From NCBI GenBank assembly GCA_934153945.1, contig CAKPFM010000006.1, positions 27,318-91,317 on the forward strand: a DNA stretch of 64,000 bases. The letters run 5' to 3'. The notes beneath the pieces are model-generated. The model did not search any database, was not told where the DNA came from, and saw nothing but the letters and a program-made list of their open reading frames with translations. Of this stretch, positions 35,879-44,583 are shown piece by piece. The translations under genes and the position numbers were made by a program. The stretch is from an uncultured Bacilli bacterium. GTDB taxonomy: Bacteria; Bacillota_I; Bacilli_A; RF39; UBA660. Positions within the stretch are counted from its first letter, which is position 1; every line of letters starts with the position of its first letter.

Positions 35879-37081
35879 TTATATCTTCCTTACTAAAGTT
35901 TTTCCTTCTTTAAAACCACAATCCTTTAAGCATGTATAATCTTGGAATGTACAACGAGCACCTTTTGAATATTTAACAATATCTTCTGCTAATGGATGAT
36001 TTTGTTCTTCTAAAGCTTTTTTATATTTTAATAAATTTTCTTTTGTTTGCTGCATTATTTCTTGTTGAGCAGCAGTACATAGTCTTTCTTTTGTTTTTAA
36101 AATAAATTTATCATATGTTCCTGCTTCATTAATTGATATTAACTCTCCCTGTGGATTAGCATAGCTAACGCTATTTATATCATTTAGCCATTCTTCTACT
36201 AACATTTTATCATCTAGTAAAATTGGTGGAACAAAATATTCTTTATTTTCTAATAAATGCATTTTATATTCAATTGTTCTATGTCTTTGTGCTTGTGCAA
36301 GTTGTGCGAAACTTCCTTTATAGTTAATAGCGTAACTATATCCAAATTCATCTTTTAAGTAATCTTTATCTGAAAATAAAGATAATTTTCTTTCTTTTTT
36401 ATTTGATTGATATCTTTCGTCTAATATATTCAATTCTTCAAAACATTCAATAAATTCTCTAAATGAATGTTTTAATAATTGGTCAAAATGTGTATTTTTA
36501 TTTACATCACTTATATATTCCTTCATATAAGAAGCAATTCTATTAATTTGAACCAATGGCACAGTATGTATCATTTTAGTAGACGCAAATACTGTAACTA
36601 AATATCTAGCATTTTCTTGAGCTAGTTTTACTATCTTTTTATCATCAAAACAATTACCATATTGTTCTTTAATTTTAATTCTAAAAATATTCATCCATTT
36701 GTTGTATAAATTGCCTTCTAACTCTGAAATATTAGGATCAATACTCGAATCAATTGAAGTGTATCTTGCTGATTTTTCGCTTGTAGCACATTGTCTTTCA
36801 TTATTTAAAACCATTGCTAATATTTTTGGTAAATTTATAATTTCAAATCCTATATTTATGTGTTCATATGGAGTTTGATGTTCTAAACCTAATGTTAAAT
36901 TTTCTCTAAATATTGTTTTCTTTTCTGACTCATTTACTAATTTTTCGTATCCATCGGGTTCATAACATTCTCCTGCTAATTTAGCACTATATTCTGTAGC
37001 TGTTTTTAAATCAAATTTACCATCATATCTTAAAAATGGTGTATGTGGTAAAAGTCTTACTTTCATTTTATTTTCTTCCAT
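35879..37081 (-). CDS. Tandem-domain ThyX-like (flavin-dependent thymidylate synthase family) protein
   Basis: First half: HQTPYEHINIGFEI...SEKSARYT (S..S.RY part of the ThyX signature, with RHR replaced by NER) and ENARYL. Second half: YAINYKGSFAQLAQAQRHRT (RHR present, S.RY absent), FVPPIL, ERLCTAAQQEI. Confidence 0.5.
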   Translation of the reverse strand: MEENKMKVRLLPHTPFLRYDGKFDLKTATEYSAKLAGECYEPDGYEKLVNESEKKTIFRENLTLGLEHQTPYEHINIGFEIINLPKILAMVLNNERQCATSEKSARYTSIDSSIDPNISELEGNLYNKWMNIFRIKIKEQYGNCFDDKKIVKLAQENARYLVTVFASTKMIHTVPLVQINRIASYMKEYISDVNKNTHFDQLLKHSFREFIECFEELNILDERYQSNKKERKLSLFSDKDYLKDEFGYSYAINYKGSFAQLAQAQRHRTIEYKMHLLENKEYFVPPILLDDKMLVEEWLNDINSVSYANPQGELISINEAGTYDKFILKTKERLCTAAQQEIMQQTKENLLKYKKALEEQNHPLAEDIVKYSKGARCTFQDYTCLKDCGFKEGKTLVRKI

Positions 37082-37174
37082 AATATACCTCCATTATCAC
37101 TGTTATCAACCCCATTAAATTATAACATATTAACTATGTTTATAAAACTATTTCTTAAAGAAAAAGCATATTAT

Positions 37175-40100
37175 TTATGCTTTAACTTCGACATCTATGA
37201 ATGCTTTATTACCATTTAAATCTACTTCATAAGTTAGATTTTCTTTGCTTATAATTTCTAGAGCTAATACTTCTTTTTTAATCATATCTTTATATTCATC
37301 AACAATAGATAAAATATATTCATCACATGATATATATAGATTAATACGATCCATAATTTCAAAGTTTTTCTCTTTTCTTAAATTTTGAACTTTACTAATT
37401 AATTCACGAACAATACCTTCTTTAATTAATTCATCAGTAAGTTCAGTATCTAATATTATGAAATTATTATTTTCTTCTGCTACATTGAAACCTTCTTTAG
37501 AAGATATTCTTATATCTACTAATTCATGATTGATAACATATTCTTTATTATCTACTATTAATTTAATGTTATTACCTTGATTTAAAGTTTCAATTTCAGT
37601 AGTATCTAATTTAGTTAAAGTTTCAGTAAATGATTTCATACTAGCTCCAAAAATTGGACCAGCAACTTTGAAATTAGGTTTTACACTATAGTTCATATAT
37701 TTTCCTAAATCACTTTCAAATATAACATTTTTAACATTTAATTCTTCTTTAATTAAATCGACTAAGTCACCAATAATTTGTTCATTTTTTCCATCAAGAA
37801 TAACTTCATTAATTGGTTGTCTTACTTTTATTTTTACTTCTTCTCTAACATTTCTTCCTAAAGATATTAAATCTCTAACTAAATCCATTTTTTCTTCAAC
37901 TTTTTCATTAATTAATGATTCATCATATGTTGGATAATCAGCTAAATGAACAGATTCTTCATTTGTTAATTTAGTATAAATTTCTTCTGTTGTAAATGGA
38001 ATAATTGGAGCACATATTTTACATAGTCCAACTAGTACTTCATAAGTTGTTATATAAACACTTTTTTTAGAATTATCTAATTCACTAGCCCAAAATCTAT
38101 TTCTATTTCTTCTTATATACCAATTTGATAGATCATCTGATACAAATGATGTTATTTCTTTTACAACTAAATTTAAATCAAATTCATCATAATAAGTTGT
38201 TACATTTTTAACTAATTTATTAAATTTACTTAATAACCACTTATCAATTTCTTCTCTTCCTTCATATGGAATATTACATTCTTCAATATTAATATTATCA
38301 ATATTCGCATATGTTTGAAAGAATGTATAAGTATTTTTTAGTGGATTGAAGAATTTTGAATGAACTTCTTTTACACCTGTTTCAGAAAATTTAAGTGGTG
38401 TCCATACAGGTGATGCATATAACATATACCATCTTATATTATCAGCACCATATTTTGTCATTATTTGTACTGGATCAATAATGTTACCTGTTGATTTAGA
38501 CATTTTTTTACCAAATTCATCTAACATCATATCATTAACAACGACATTTTTAAATGATGATTTACCTGAAATAATTGTAGATATTACTAATAATACATAG
38601 AACCATCCACGAGTTTGGTCTAGTCCTTCTGCTATAAAATCAGCTGGAAATTGTGATTCAAATAGTTCTTTATTTTCAAATGGATAATGGAATTGTGCAT
38701 ATGGCATTGAACCTGAATCAAACCATACATCCATTACATCTGTTACCCTATTCATAACTTTACCACATTTTGAACATTTTATATGTAGCTCATCTACATA
38801 AGGACGATGTAATTCCATTTCACGAACATTTATATCTTCATTTACTTTTTCTTGTAATTCATCTAATGAACCAATTACTTCCTTATGGCCACATTCACAA
38901 GTCCATACTGGAAGAGGACAACCCCAATATCTATTTCTTGAAATACCCCAGTCAATCATATTTTCTAACCAATTACCAAAACGCTTTTCACCAACATATG
39001 TTGGATACCAATTAATTTTGTTGTTTTCTTCTATTATTTTATCTTTATATGCTGTTGTTTTAATATACCATGCAGGTTTTGGATAACTAATAAGAGCAGA
39101 TTTACATCTCCAACAATGTGGATAATCATGAGTTATTTTTATTTTTTTGAATAATTTATCATTTTCTTTTAACCATTTAATGATTTCGATTTCTAAATCT
39201 TTATCAGTTACTAATCTACCCTTCCAAGGTCCTTCAGTATAACATCCATCTTCTCCTACTGGATTTATAAATCCAACACCATTTTTTTGACATACTCTAT
39301 TATCATCATCACCAAAAGCTGGAGCTATATGAACGATACCTGTACCATCTACTGCTGTAACATAGTTATCTGCTATTACTTCATGACATTTTCCCTCTAC
39401 TTTTACAAATGGCATTAATTGTTCATATTTAATACCAACTAAGTCAGATCCTTTATAAGTTTCTAATACTTTAAAATCTTCACCTAAAACTTTTTCTGCT
39501 AAACTTTCAGCTAATATAAATTTATAACCCATTGATTCAGCTTTTATATAAGTTAAATCTGGATTTACACATATTGCTACGTTTGCAATTAATGTCCATG
39601 GAGTTGTTGTCCAAGCTAAGAAATATTCATCTTTATCAACTCTTTTTAATGGAACAATAACTGTATTGACTGAATCTTCTTGATATCCTTGTGATACTTC
39701 ATTAGCAGATAATTCTGTTCCGCATCTAGGACAATACCATAGTACTTTATTTCCATGATATAGAAGTCCTTTTTTATCCATTTCTTTAATTATCCACCAT
39801 TCTGATTCAATGTATTCATTTGAACATGTTACATATGGATGTTTGCAATCAATAAATTGACCCATCATATCAGTAACTTGATTTACTTCATCTATATTGG
39901 TTGCTGTTGTTTTATTACATTCCTTACAGAAGTTTTCTACACCAAATGCTTCAATATCTTCTTTTCCTTTAAATCCTAGTTTTTTTTCAACGTTTACTTC
40001 AATAGGTAGACCATGTGTATCTAATCCAATTTTTCTAAGTACTTTATATCCTTGCATTGTTTTATATTTACAAAATGTATCTTTAATAGTTTTAGCAAAC

Positions 40101-40273
40101 ACATGATGTATTCCTGGTTTAGCATTCGCATATATTGGGCCATCATAAAATACCCAATTTTCTTTATTTTTTCTATTTTCTATTGTTTTATTAAATATAT
40201 CTTTTTCTTTCCAATTTTCTAATATATCTTTTTCAACTTCATTTATATTTCTTTTATCTAATTCTTTAAACAT
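37175..40273 (-). CDS. ileS: Isoleucyl-tRNA synthetase, long (type 2, eukaryote-like) form
   Basis: 1032 aa. FYDGPIYANAKPGIHHVFAKTIKD (HIGH region), KMSKS, CP1 editing-domain motifs (TTTPWTL). Both the N-terminus and the length fit the IleRS2 type. Confidence 0.93.
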   Translation of the reverse strand: MFKELDKRNINEVEKDILENWKEKDIFNKTIENRKNKENWVFYDGPIYANAKPGIHHVFAKTIKDTFCKYKTMQGYKVLRKIGLDTHGLPIEVNVEKKLGFKGKEDIEAFGVENFCKECNKTTATNIDEVNQVTDMMGQFIDCKHPYVTCSNEYIESEWWIIKEMDKKGLLYHGNKVLWYCPRCGTELSANEVSQGYQEDSVNTVIVPLKRVDKDEYFLAWTTTPWTLIANVAICVNPDLTYIKAESMGYKFILAESLAEKVLGEDFKVLETYKGSDLVGIKYEQLMPFVKVEGKCHEVIADNYVTAVDGTGIVHIAPAFGDDDNRVCQKNGVGFINPVGEDGCYTEGPWKGRLVTDKDLEIEIIKWLKENDKLFKKIKITHDYPHCWRCKSALISYPKPAWYIKTTAYKDKIIEENNKINWYPTYVGEKRFGNWLENMIDWGISRNRYWGCPLPVWTCECGHKEVIGSLDELQEKVNEDINVREMELHRPYVDELHIKCSKCGKVMNRVTDVMDVWFDSGSMPYAQFHYPFENKELFESQFPADFIAEGLDQTRGWFYVLLVISTIISGKSSFKNVVVNDMMLDEFGKKMSKSTGNIIDPVQIMTKYGADNIRWYMLYASPVWTPLKFSETGVKEVHSKFFNPLKNTYTFFQTYANIDNINIEECNIPYEGREEIDKWLLSKFNKLVKNVTTYYDEFDLNLVVKEITSFVSDDLSNWYIRRNRNRFWASELDNSKKSVYITTYEVLVGLCKICAPIIPFTTEEIYTKLTNEESVHLADYPTYDESLINEKVEEKMDLVRDLISLGRNVREEVKIKVRQPINEVILDGKNEQIIGDLVDLIKEELNVKNVIFESDLGKYMNYSVKPNFKVAGPIFGASMKSFTETLTKLDTTEIETLNQGNNIKLIVDNKEYVINHELVDIRISSKEGFNVAEENNNFIILDTELTDELIKEGIVRELISKVQNLRKEKNFEIMDRINLYISCDEYILSIVDEYKDMIKKEVLALEIISKENLTYEVDLNGNKAFIDVEVKA

Positions 40274-40285
40274 ATTTTTTTCCTC

Positions 40286-41227
40286 CTAAATAATAACTAA
40301 TGTATAATATATTAAAAATATAATAAGTAAACTTATTCCTTCTTTTTTTCCTACTTCTTTATCTTTTCTTGTATATATAAATAGTAATATTATTGATAGT
40401 AATAGTACTATTATATCAAACCATTTAAATGTTACTGGAATATTACCAAATATAGTTATTGGTAAACCTAGTACCATACCTATATTAAATATATTACTTC
40501 CTATTACATTACCTATTGCTAAATCATATTCACCTTTTTTAGTAGCTATAACACTTGTTATTAATTCTGGTAATGTTGAGAATAATGATATTATTGTTAA
40601 TGATATTATTCTTTCACTAATATTTAAATATTCAGATATTTTACAAGCACTTTCTATTGTAAAGTGACTTCCTAGTATAATCAGTATTATACCTAATATA
40701 GTATATATAATTGATTTTTTTAAATTATGTTTTGCTTCTCCTTTTTCCTTATATTGTTTTGCAGATATAAGTGAAAATAGATAGTGAATAAATATTGTAA
40801 AAAATAATAATATTATAATTCCATCACTTCTAGTTATAATATTTTCTGTATTATTAAATATTTTATCATTCATGACTACTGTTAGTAATAATGTCATTAA
40901 CATAGCAAATGGTATTTCTTTTTTTACTGTATTACCACTTACTTTTAAATTATGTATTAAACTACATATTCCAACAATTAGTAATATATTCATAATATTA
41001 CTACCTATTACATTGCCAAGTACTATTTCTCTACTGCCATTTAACATTGATTTTATACTTATGGCAAAGTCTGATGCACTTGATCCAAATGCTACTATAG
41101 TAAGTCCTATAATCATTTTAGGAACTTTGTAATTATGTGCTATATTACTAGCTCCATCAACAAATATATCAGCGCCTTTTATAAGTATAATAAATCCAAT
41201 TATTAATAATAATATTTGTATTATCAT
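40286..41227 (-). CDS. CaCA-family cation/Ca2+ exchanger (YrbG-like)
   Basis: Two alpha-repeats: GLTIVAFGSSASDFAIS..GNVIGSNIMNI and SLFSTLPELITS..GNVIGSNIFNI. About 10 TM segments. Confidence 0.85.
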   Translation of the reverse strand: MIIQILLLIIGFIILIKGADIFVDGASNIAHNYKVPKMIIGLTIVAFGSSASDFAISIKSMLNGSREIVLGNVIGSNIMNILLIVGICSLIHNLKVSGNTVKKEIPFAMLMTLLLTVVMNDKIFNNTENIITRSDGIIILLFFTIFIHYLFSLISAKQYKEKGEAKHNLKKSIIYTILGIILIILGSHFTIESACKISEYLNISERIISLTIISLFSTLPELITSVIATKKGEYDLAIGNVIGSNIFNIGMVLGLPITIFGNIPVTFKWFDIIVLLLSIILLFIYTRKDKEVGKKEGISLLIIFLIYYTLVII

Positions 41228-41235
41228 AAAATCCT

Positions 41236-41455
41236 CCTACAAAAAAACACGCCCTATATAAGGACGTGATTTACGTGGTACCACCTTAATTTGAAGTATA
41301 AACTTCCTCGAAACTATAACGCGTTACCGTTTTTATCTTATCCATAAAAAACACTTGAAAGTGATCTTAATAATTACTCATATATCCTTTTTCACCAACT
41401 AAGAACTCTCTTTGATATTTATAATTATTACGTCTTTCGCACTTGTTTTAACTAT
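41236..41455 (-). promoter_or_regulatory. T-box riboswitch leader, probable Ile (AUC) specifier
   Basis: Minus strand: Stem I with AGAGAG bulge and GGTGAAA distal loop. Specifier loop ..TTAAG-ATC-A-CTTTC (ATC at 41363-41365). T-box sequence AAGGTGGTACCACG (41274-41287). Terminator CACGTCC..GGGCGTG plus a T7 run (41241-41268) just upstream of the SD of the CaCA gene. Confidence 0.85.
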
Positions 41456-41460
41456 ATATA

Positions 41461-41489
41461 AATATACCATAAATAGTAAGATAATGCAA
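41461..41489 (-). promoter_or_regulatory. SigA-type promoter of the T-box/CaCA/ileS operon
   Basis: TTGCAT-N17-TATATT on the minus strand, just upstream of the predicted start of Stem I. Confidence 0.5.
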
Positions 41490-41523
41490 TAAATTTTAAT
41501 ATAAAAGATACTTTAAATTTTAA

Positions 41524-41549
41524 TATAAAAGATACTTTTTCAAGTATCT
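41524..41549 (-). terminator. Terminator of the YfcC-like transporter gene
   Basis: Minus strand: AGATACTT-gaaa-AAGTATCT hairpin overlapping the stop codon, followed by TTTTAT. Confidence 0.6.
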
Positions 41550-42957
41550 AAATAAAACATATTATTATGGTTAATAAAATTATTACTGATAAAGCTACTA
41601 ATACTGGTTTCCAAATATTTTTTAAATATTCTTTATATGAAATATCTAAATAAGTTAATCCAGCAACTAAAATTACACTAGTTGGAGCTATTAATTGTAC
41701 TAATCCATATATTGAATATTGCAAAAATAATGGTGCGTTTAAATTAGTAAACATACTAGCAATTGGTGTACTAATAACATTTAACATATATGGAAAATCG
41801 TTATATAAAATTCCACCTATAAATGATGTTATACCAACTGATAATAATTTAAATTTATCAAGTAATGTAAATAAATAGTTACACATAGTAGCGTACCAAG
41901 ATGAATTACTACTACTCATAAATAAGAATATTGTACTTGCAAATAAAGTCATTATAGCTGGTTTAAGCATTATTTTACAACCCTCTATAAAACTATTTAC
42001 AATCTCACCAAAACTTAATTTACCTATTTTACCTATTATATATGATACTATAATCAATACAAAACAGAACTCATAATTTGTCCAGTATCCAATTGGGTTT
42101 ATATCACCTATTAATGAACTTAATATTGATATATTATTATATTTTACATTTGATATTAATGTATCAAAATTATCAAATACAGTAACATTAAATGAATAGT
42201 ACCAATTATACATTCCTACTAATATTATAATGAATGTTAAAACTAATACTATTGAACTACCTATAGTTTTTGCTTTATTATTTTTTATTTCTTCATAATA
42301 TAGTATTTCTTCTTTTTCTTCTTTTGATAATTTTTTCAATTTATTATCTTTATTTATTACTAATAAAAATAATATCAATCCACCTGTTAATAATACAAAT
42401 AAGATGATTTTAAATAAAATATTTGTATTTAAATCAGTTCCATAAAAATATTTAATATATCCTGCCATATTAACACCATATGTAGTAGACATATTACCAA
42501 CTAATATAGCACCAACACTTGATAATAATGCTGTTAATTTATTATAACCCATTACAAGTAACACACCAGTAATAAATGGTACTAGAACAAATAAAGGTAT
42601 TGTTAAAGCTGTCAAACTGGAAAGTAAAGCTATAACAAATGTAGAAATAATTAAAAATAATTCTTCATCACCTTTAAATTTTGTACATATATTATCAACT
42701 AATTTACTATATAGTCCTGTTTTTTTCATTACTCCATATAATCCACCAATAATAACTAATGAAACTGCAGTTAATACAAATACTGAACTAGTTAAAGTAA
42801 TTATTGGATATTTTATAATATTTACTAATCCAACAGGACTAATTGTACCACTAGTAAATGTACCATTATTATAATATCCAGCAGGTATTATCCAACTTAA
42901 AAGTATATAAATTGCTAGAATAATTCCTAAACCTATAAAAATATCTTTCTTTTTCAT
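41548..42957 (-). CDS. YfcC-family (AbgT/DcuC-like superfamily) membrane transporter
   Basis: 469 aa, more than 10 TM segments. N-terminal LLSWIIPAGYYNNG is typical of YfcC proteins. Confidence 0.6.
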   Translation of the reverse strand: MKKKDIFIGLGIILAIYILLSWIIPAGYYNNGTFTSGTISPVGLVNIIKYPIITLTSSVFVLTAVSLVIIGGLYGVMKKTGLYSKLVDNICTKFKGDEELFLIISTFVIALLSSLTALTIPLFVLVPFITGVLLVMGYNKLTALLSSVGAILVGNMSTTYGVNMAGYIKYFYGTDLNTNILFKIILFVLLTGGLILFLLVINKDNKLKKLSKEEKEEILYYEEIKNNKAKTIGSSIVLVLTFIIILVGMYNWYYSFNVTVFDNFDTLISNVKYNNISILSSLIGDINPIGYWTNYEFCFVLIIVSYIIGKIGKLSFGEIVNSFIEGCKIMLKPAIMTLFASTIFLFMSSSNSSWYATMCNYLFTLLDKFKLLSVGITSFIGGILYNDFPYMLNVISTPIASMFTNLNAPLFLQYSIYGLVQLIAPTSVILVAGLTYLDISYKEYLKNIWKPVLVALSVIILLTIIICFI

Positions 42958-43170
42958 ATCATAACCTCCTATATCATTATATCATTTTATTTAAAATAAA
43001 TGGTATTTTTTTCTAAATTTGATATTTTTTGACAAAAAATAGTTATTTTAATATATAAAAACTCCGTTTCTATTATATTAAAGAAACGAAGTCATATATT
43101 TAAATTAATTTTGATATTGTTATAACTAGGCAAATGTCAATTGAAGTAGGAATAACAGAATTTATAATTC

Positions 43171-44523
43171 CTATATTTCCCCTTTTACACTCCATACTGC
43201 TGATGGAGAACTATTAACAACAGTGGTACTTGTCCAATATCTATAAGTAATTGAATCAGCTATATTACATCCATAATTTGTACAATCTCTAGTATAATCT
43301 AATAATCATGCATATTTACTAGATTCTTGAATAGTAGTTTCTTTTGCATATATATTAATTTTAATGTAACCAGAACCAATTGTTGTTTTGCCATCAAAAT
43401 CTTTAGTTCCTGCTATTTTAGCTATTTCATCTGCTATTATTAATCTTACGTTTAAATTACTATTCCATGTAGCTTTATTAGATGATAAAGAATTATTTAC
43501 TTTACTCATTATATCATCCAAGCTTTCACTTGATTTCCATTGAATAGATGCTGTTGTATTATGATCTAATATCAAATTTACTGTTGATGATGATTTATTA
43601 TCATTAAATGTATACCATTTCATACATCCTATTTTTGTTCCAGTTGTACTTATTGCTTCACTTTCATTACAGTTTTTATTTGTTTCTGAATTATAATAAA
43701 TTGCCGTACCATTAACATATACTATATTTATTAGTATTGTTGACTGTTTATTATTTTTTGTTGTTGCCGTTATTATTATTGTTTCTACTTTTTTACCTGT
43801 TACTAATCCAGAATCTGACACTGATGCTATTTAATTATTTAAACTAGTCCATGTTACTGATTTGCTTGATACATCATTAGGTTCTAATATACCTATTAAT
43901 TGTATTTTATTATCAATAAATAATTCTTTATTTTCTATCGTTATTTCTGTTGCTTCTAGTATTACAATTATATTTATCTCTTTTTTAATATTTTTATTTT
44001 CTGCACTTGTTATAATTATTTTTGCTGTTCTATTTTTAATTGCTGTTATTATTCCTCTTTCATTGATTGTTACTATTGATTCATCACTACTTTTATATAT
44101 TAAATCTTTATTTGTAGCATTATTTGGTTCAAAAGTTATTACTATTTCTATCGTACTTTCTTTTTCATTGTTTTATCTGATAAATTCACTATTATATTTT
44201 CTAATTTTACTGTTCCTAATTTAATAACAGTCATTTCTGAATTTTGAGTATTAACCTCATATTCACCAAATGTTAGTTTTCCTTCTACTATTTCATATGT
44301 ATTATGTATCATTTAATTTTATATAATCTTCTTTTTCAGAGGTTTTTGTTTCATTTGTTTCAACTAAATCATTTAAAGCTTCTATAGCTTCAGAATTTAT
44401 CATTATCACAGTTGTTACATTGTATTTTTCATTTGGTATTAAATTATCATTATTTGTTAGCGCAGTTGTCCCTATATACACTTCTACTGTTAATAATTCT
44501 ATTAATGTAAAACATTTCTTCAT
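43171..44523 (-). pseudogene. Decayed modular pilin-like gene: truncated prepilin N-terminus, two Big_2-like Ig domains, DUF1566/Lcl-C-like C-terminus
   Basis: MKKCFTLIELLTV|EVYIG: the hydrophobic helix is internally deleted. Frameshifts near 44300 and 44165. In-frame TAA (WTSLNN*IASVSDSG) near 43835. In-frame TGA at 43306-43308 (SKYA*LLDYTRDC...YWTSTTVVNSSPSAVWSVKGEI). Big_2-like segment: ITFEPNNATNKDLIYKSSDESIVTINERGIITAIKNRTAKIIITS. Confidence 0.75.
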
Positions 44524-44543
44524 TATACCTCTTTTATATTATC

Positions 44544-44570
44544 AAAAAAAGAAAACCTTCAAGATTTTCT
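44544..44570 (-). terminator. Terminator after the LRR-pilin gene
   Basis: Minus strand: AGAAAA...TTTTCT stem followed by a T6-7 run, 14 nt after the stop codon. Confidence 0.55.
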
Positions 44571-44583
44571 TTACATTTATATT

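Noticed and set aside
30688-37081. The idea that the collagen-like cluster plus thyX/tmk forms a prophage (tail fibres plus nucleotide metabolism).
   Set aside because: No terminase, portal, capsid, tape-measure, integrase or lysis genes are present. The region is flanked by PBP and ileS. Only a TnpB stub indicates mobile DNA. A tail-fibre-remnant origin for the four structural genes is kept as an alternative hypothesis in the findings.
38770-40106. Plus-strand ORFs 38770..39015 and 39897..40106, and similar short ORFs inside mutS, rnf, MBOAT, gatB and the CaCA gene.
   Set aside because: Each is nested antisense within a confidently identified conserved gene and lacks translation signals.
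43306-43308. An in-frame TGA followed by a continuing readable frame (SKYA*LLDYTRDC...) raised the possibility that TGA encodes Trp (genetic code 4), as in Mollicutes relatives.
   Set aside because: All long housekeeping ORFs (mutS, topA, ileS, aspS, gatA/B, PBP) are intact under the standard code and use TGG for Trp. The same gene also carries a TAA nonsense codon, two frameshifts and an N-terminal deletion. The TGA is therefore a nonsense mutation in a pseudogene.
43862-44224. Plus-strand 120-aa ORF (Leu/Ile/Ser/Phe-rich) that could be taken for a membrane protein.
   Set aside because: It lies antisense to the Big_2-encoding segments of the decayed pilin gene. It has no SD, and its hydrophobicity is an artefact of reading A-rich coding DNA in reverse.
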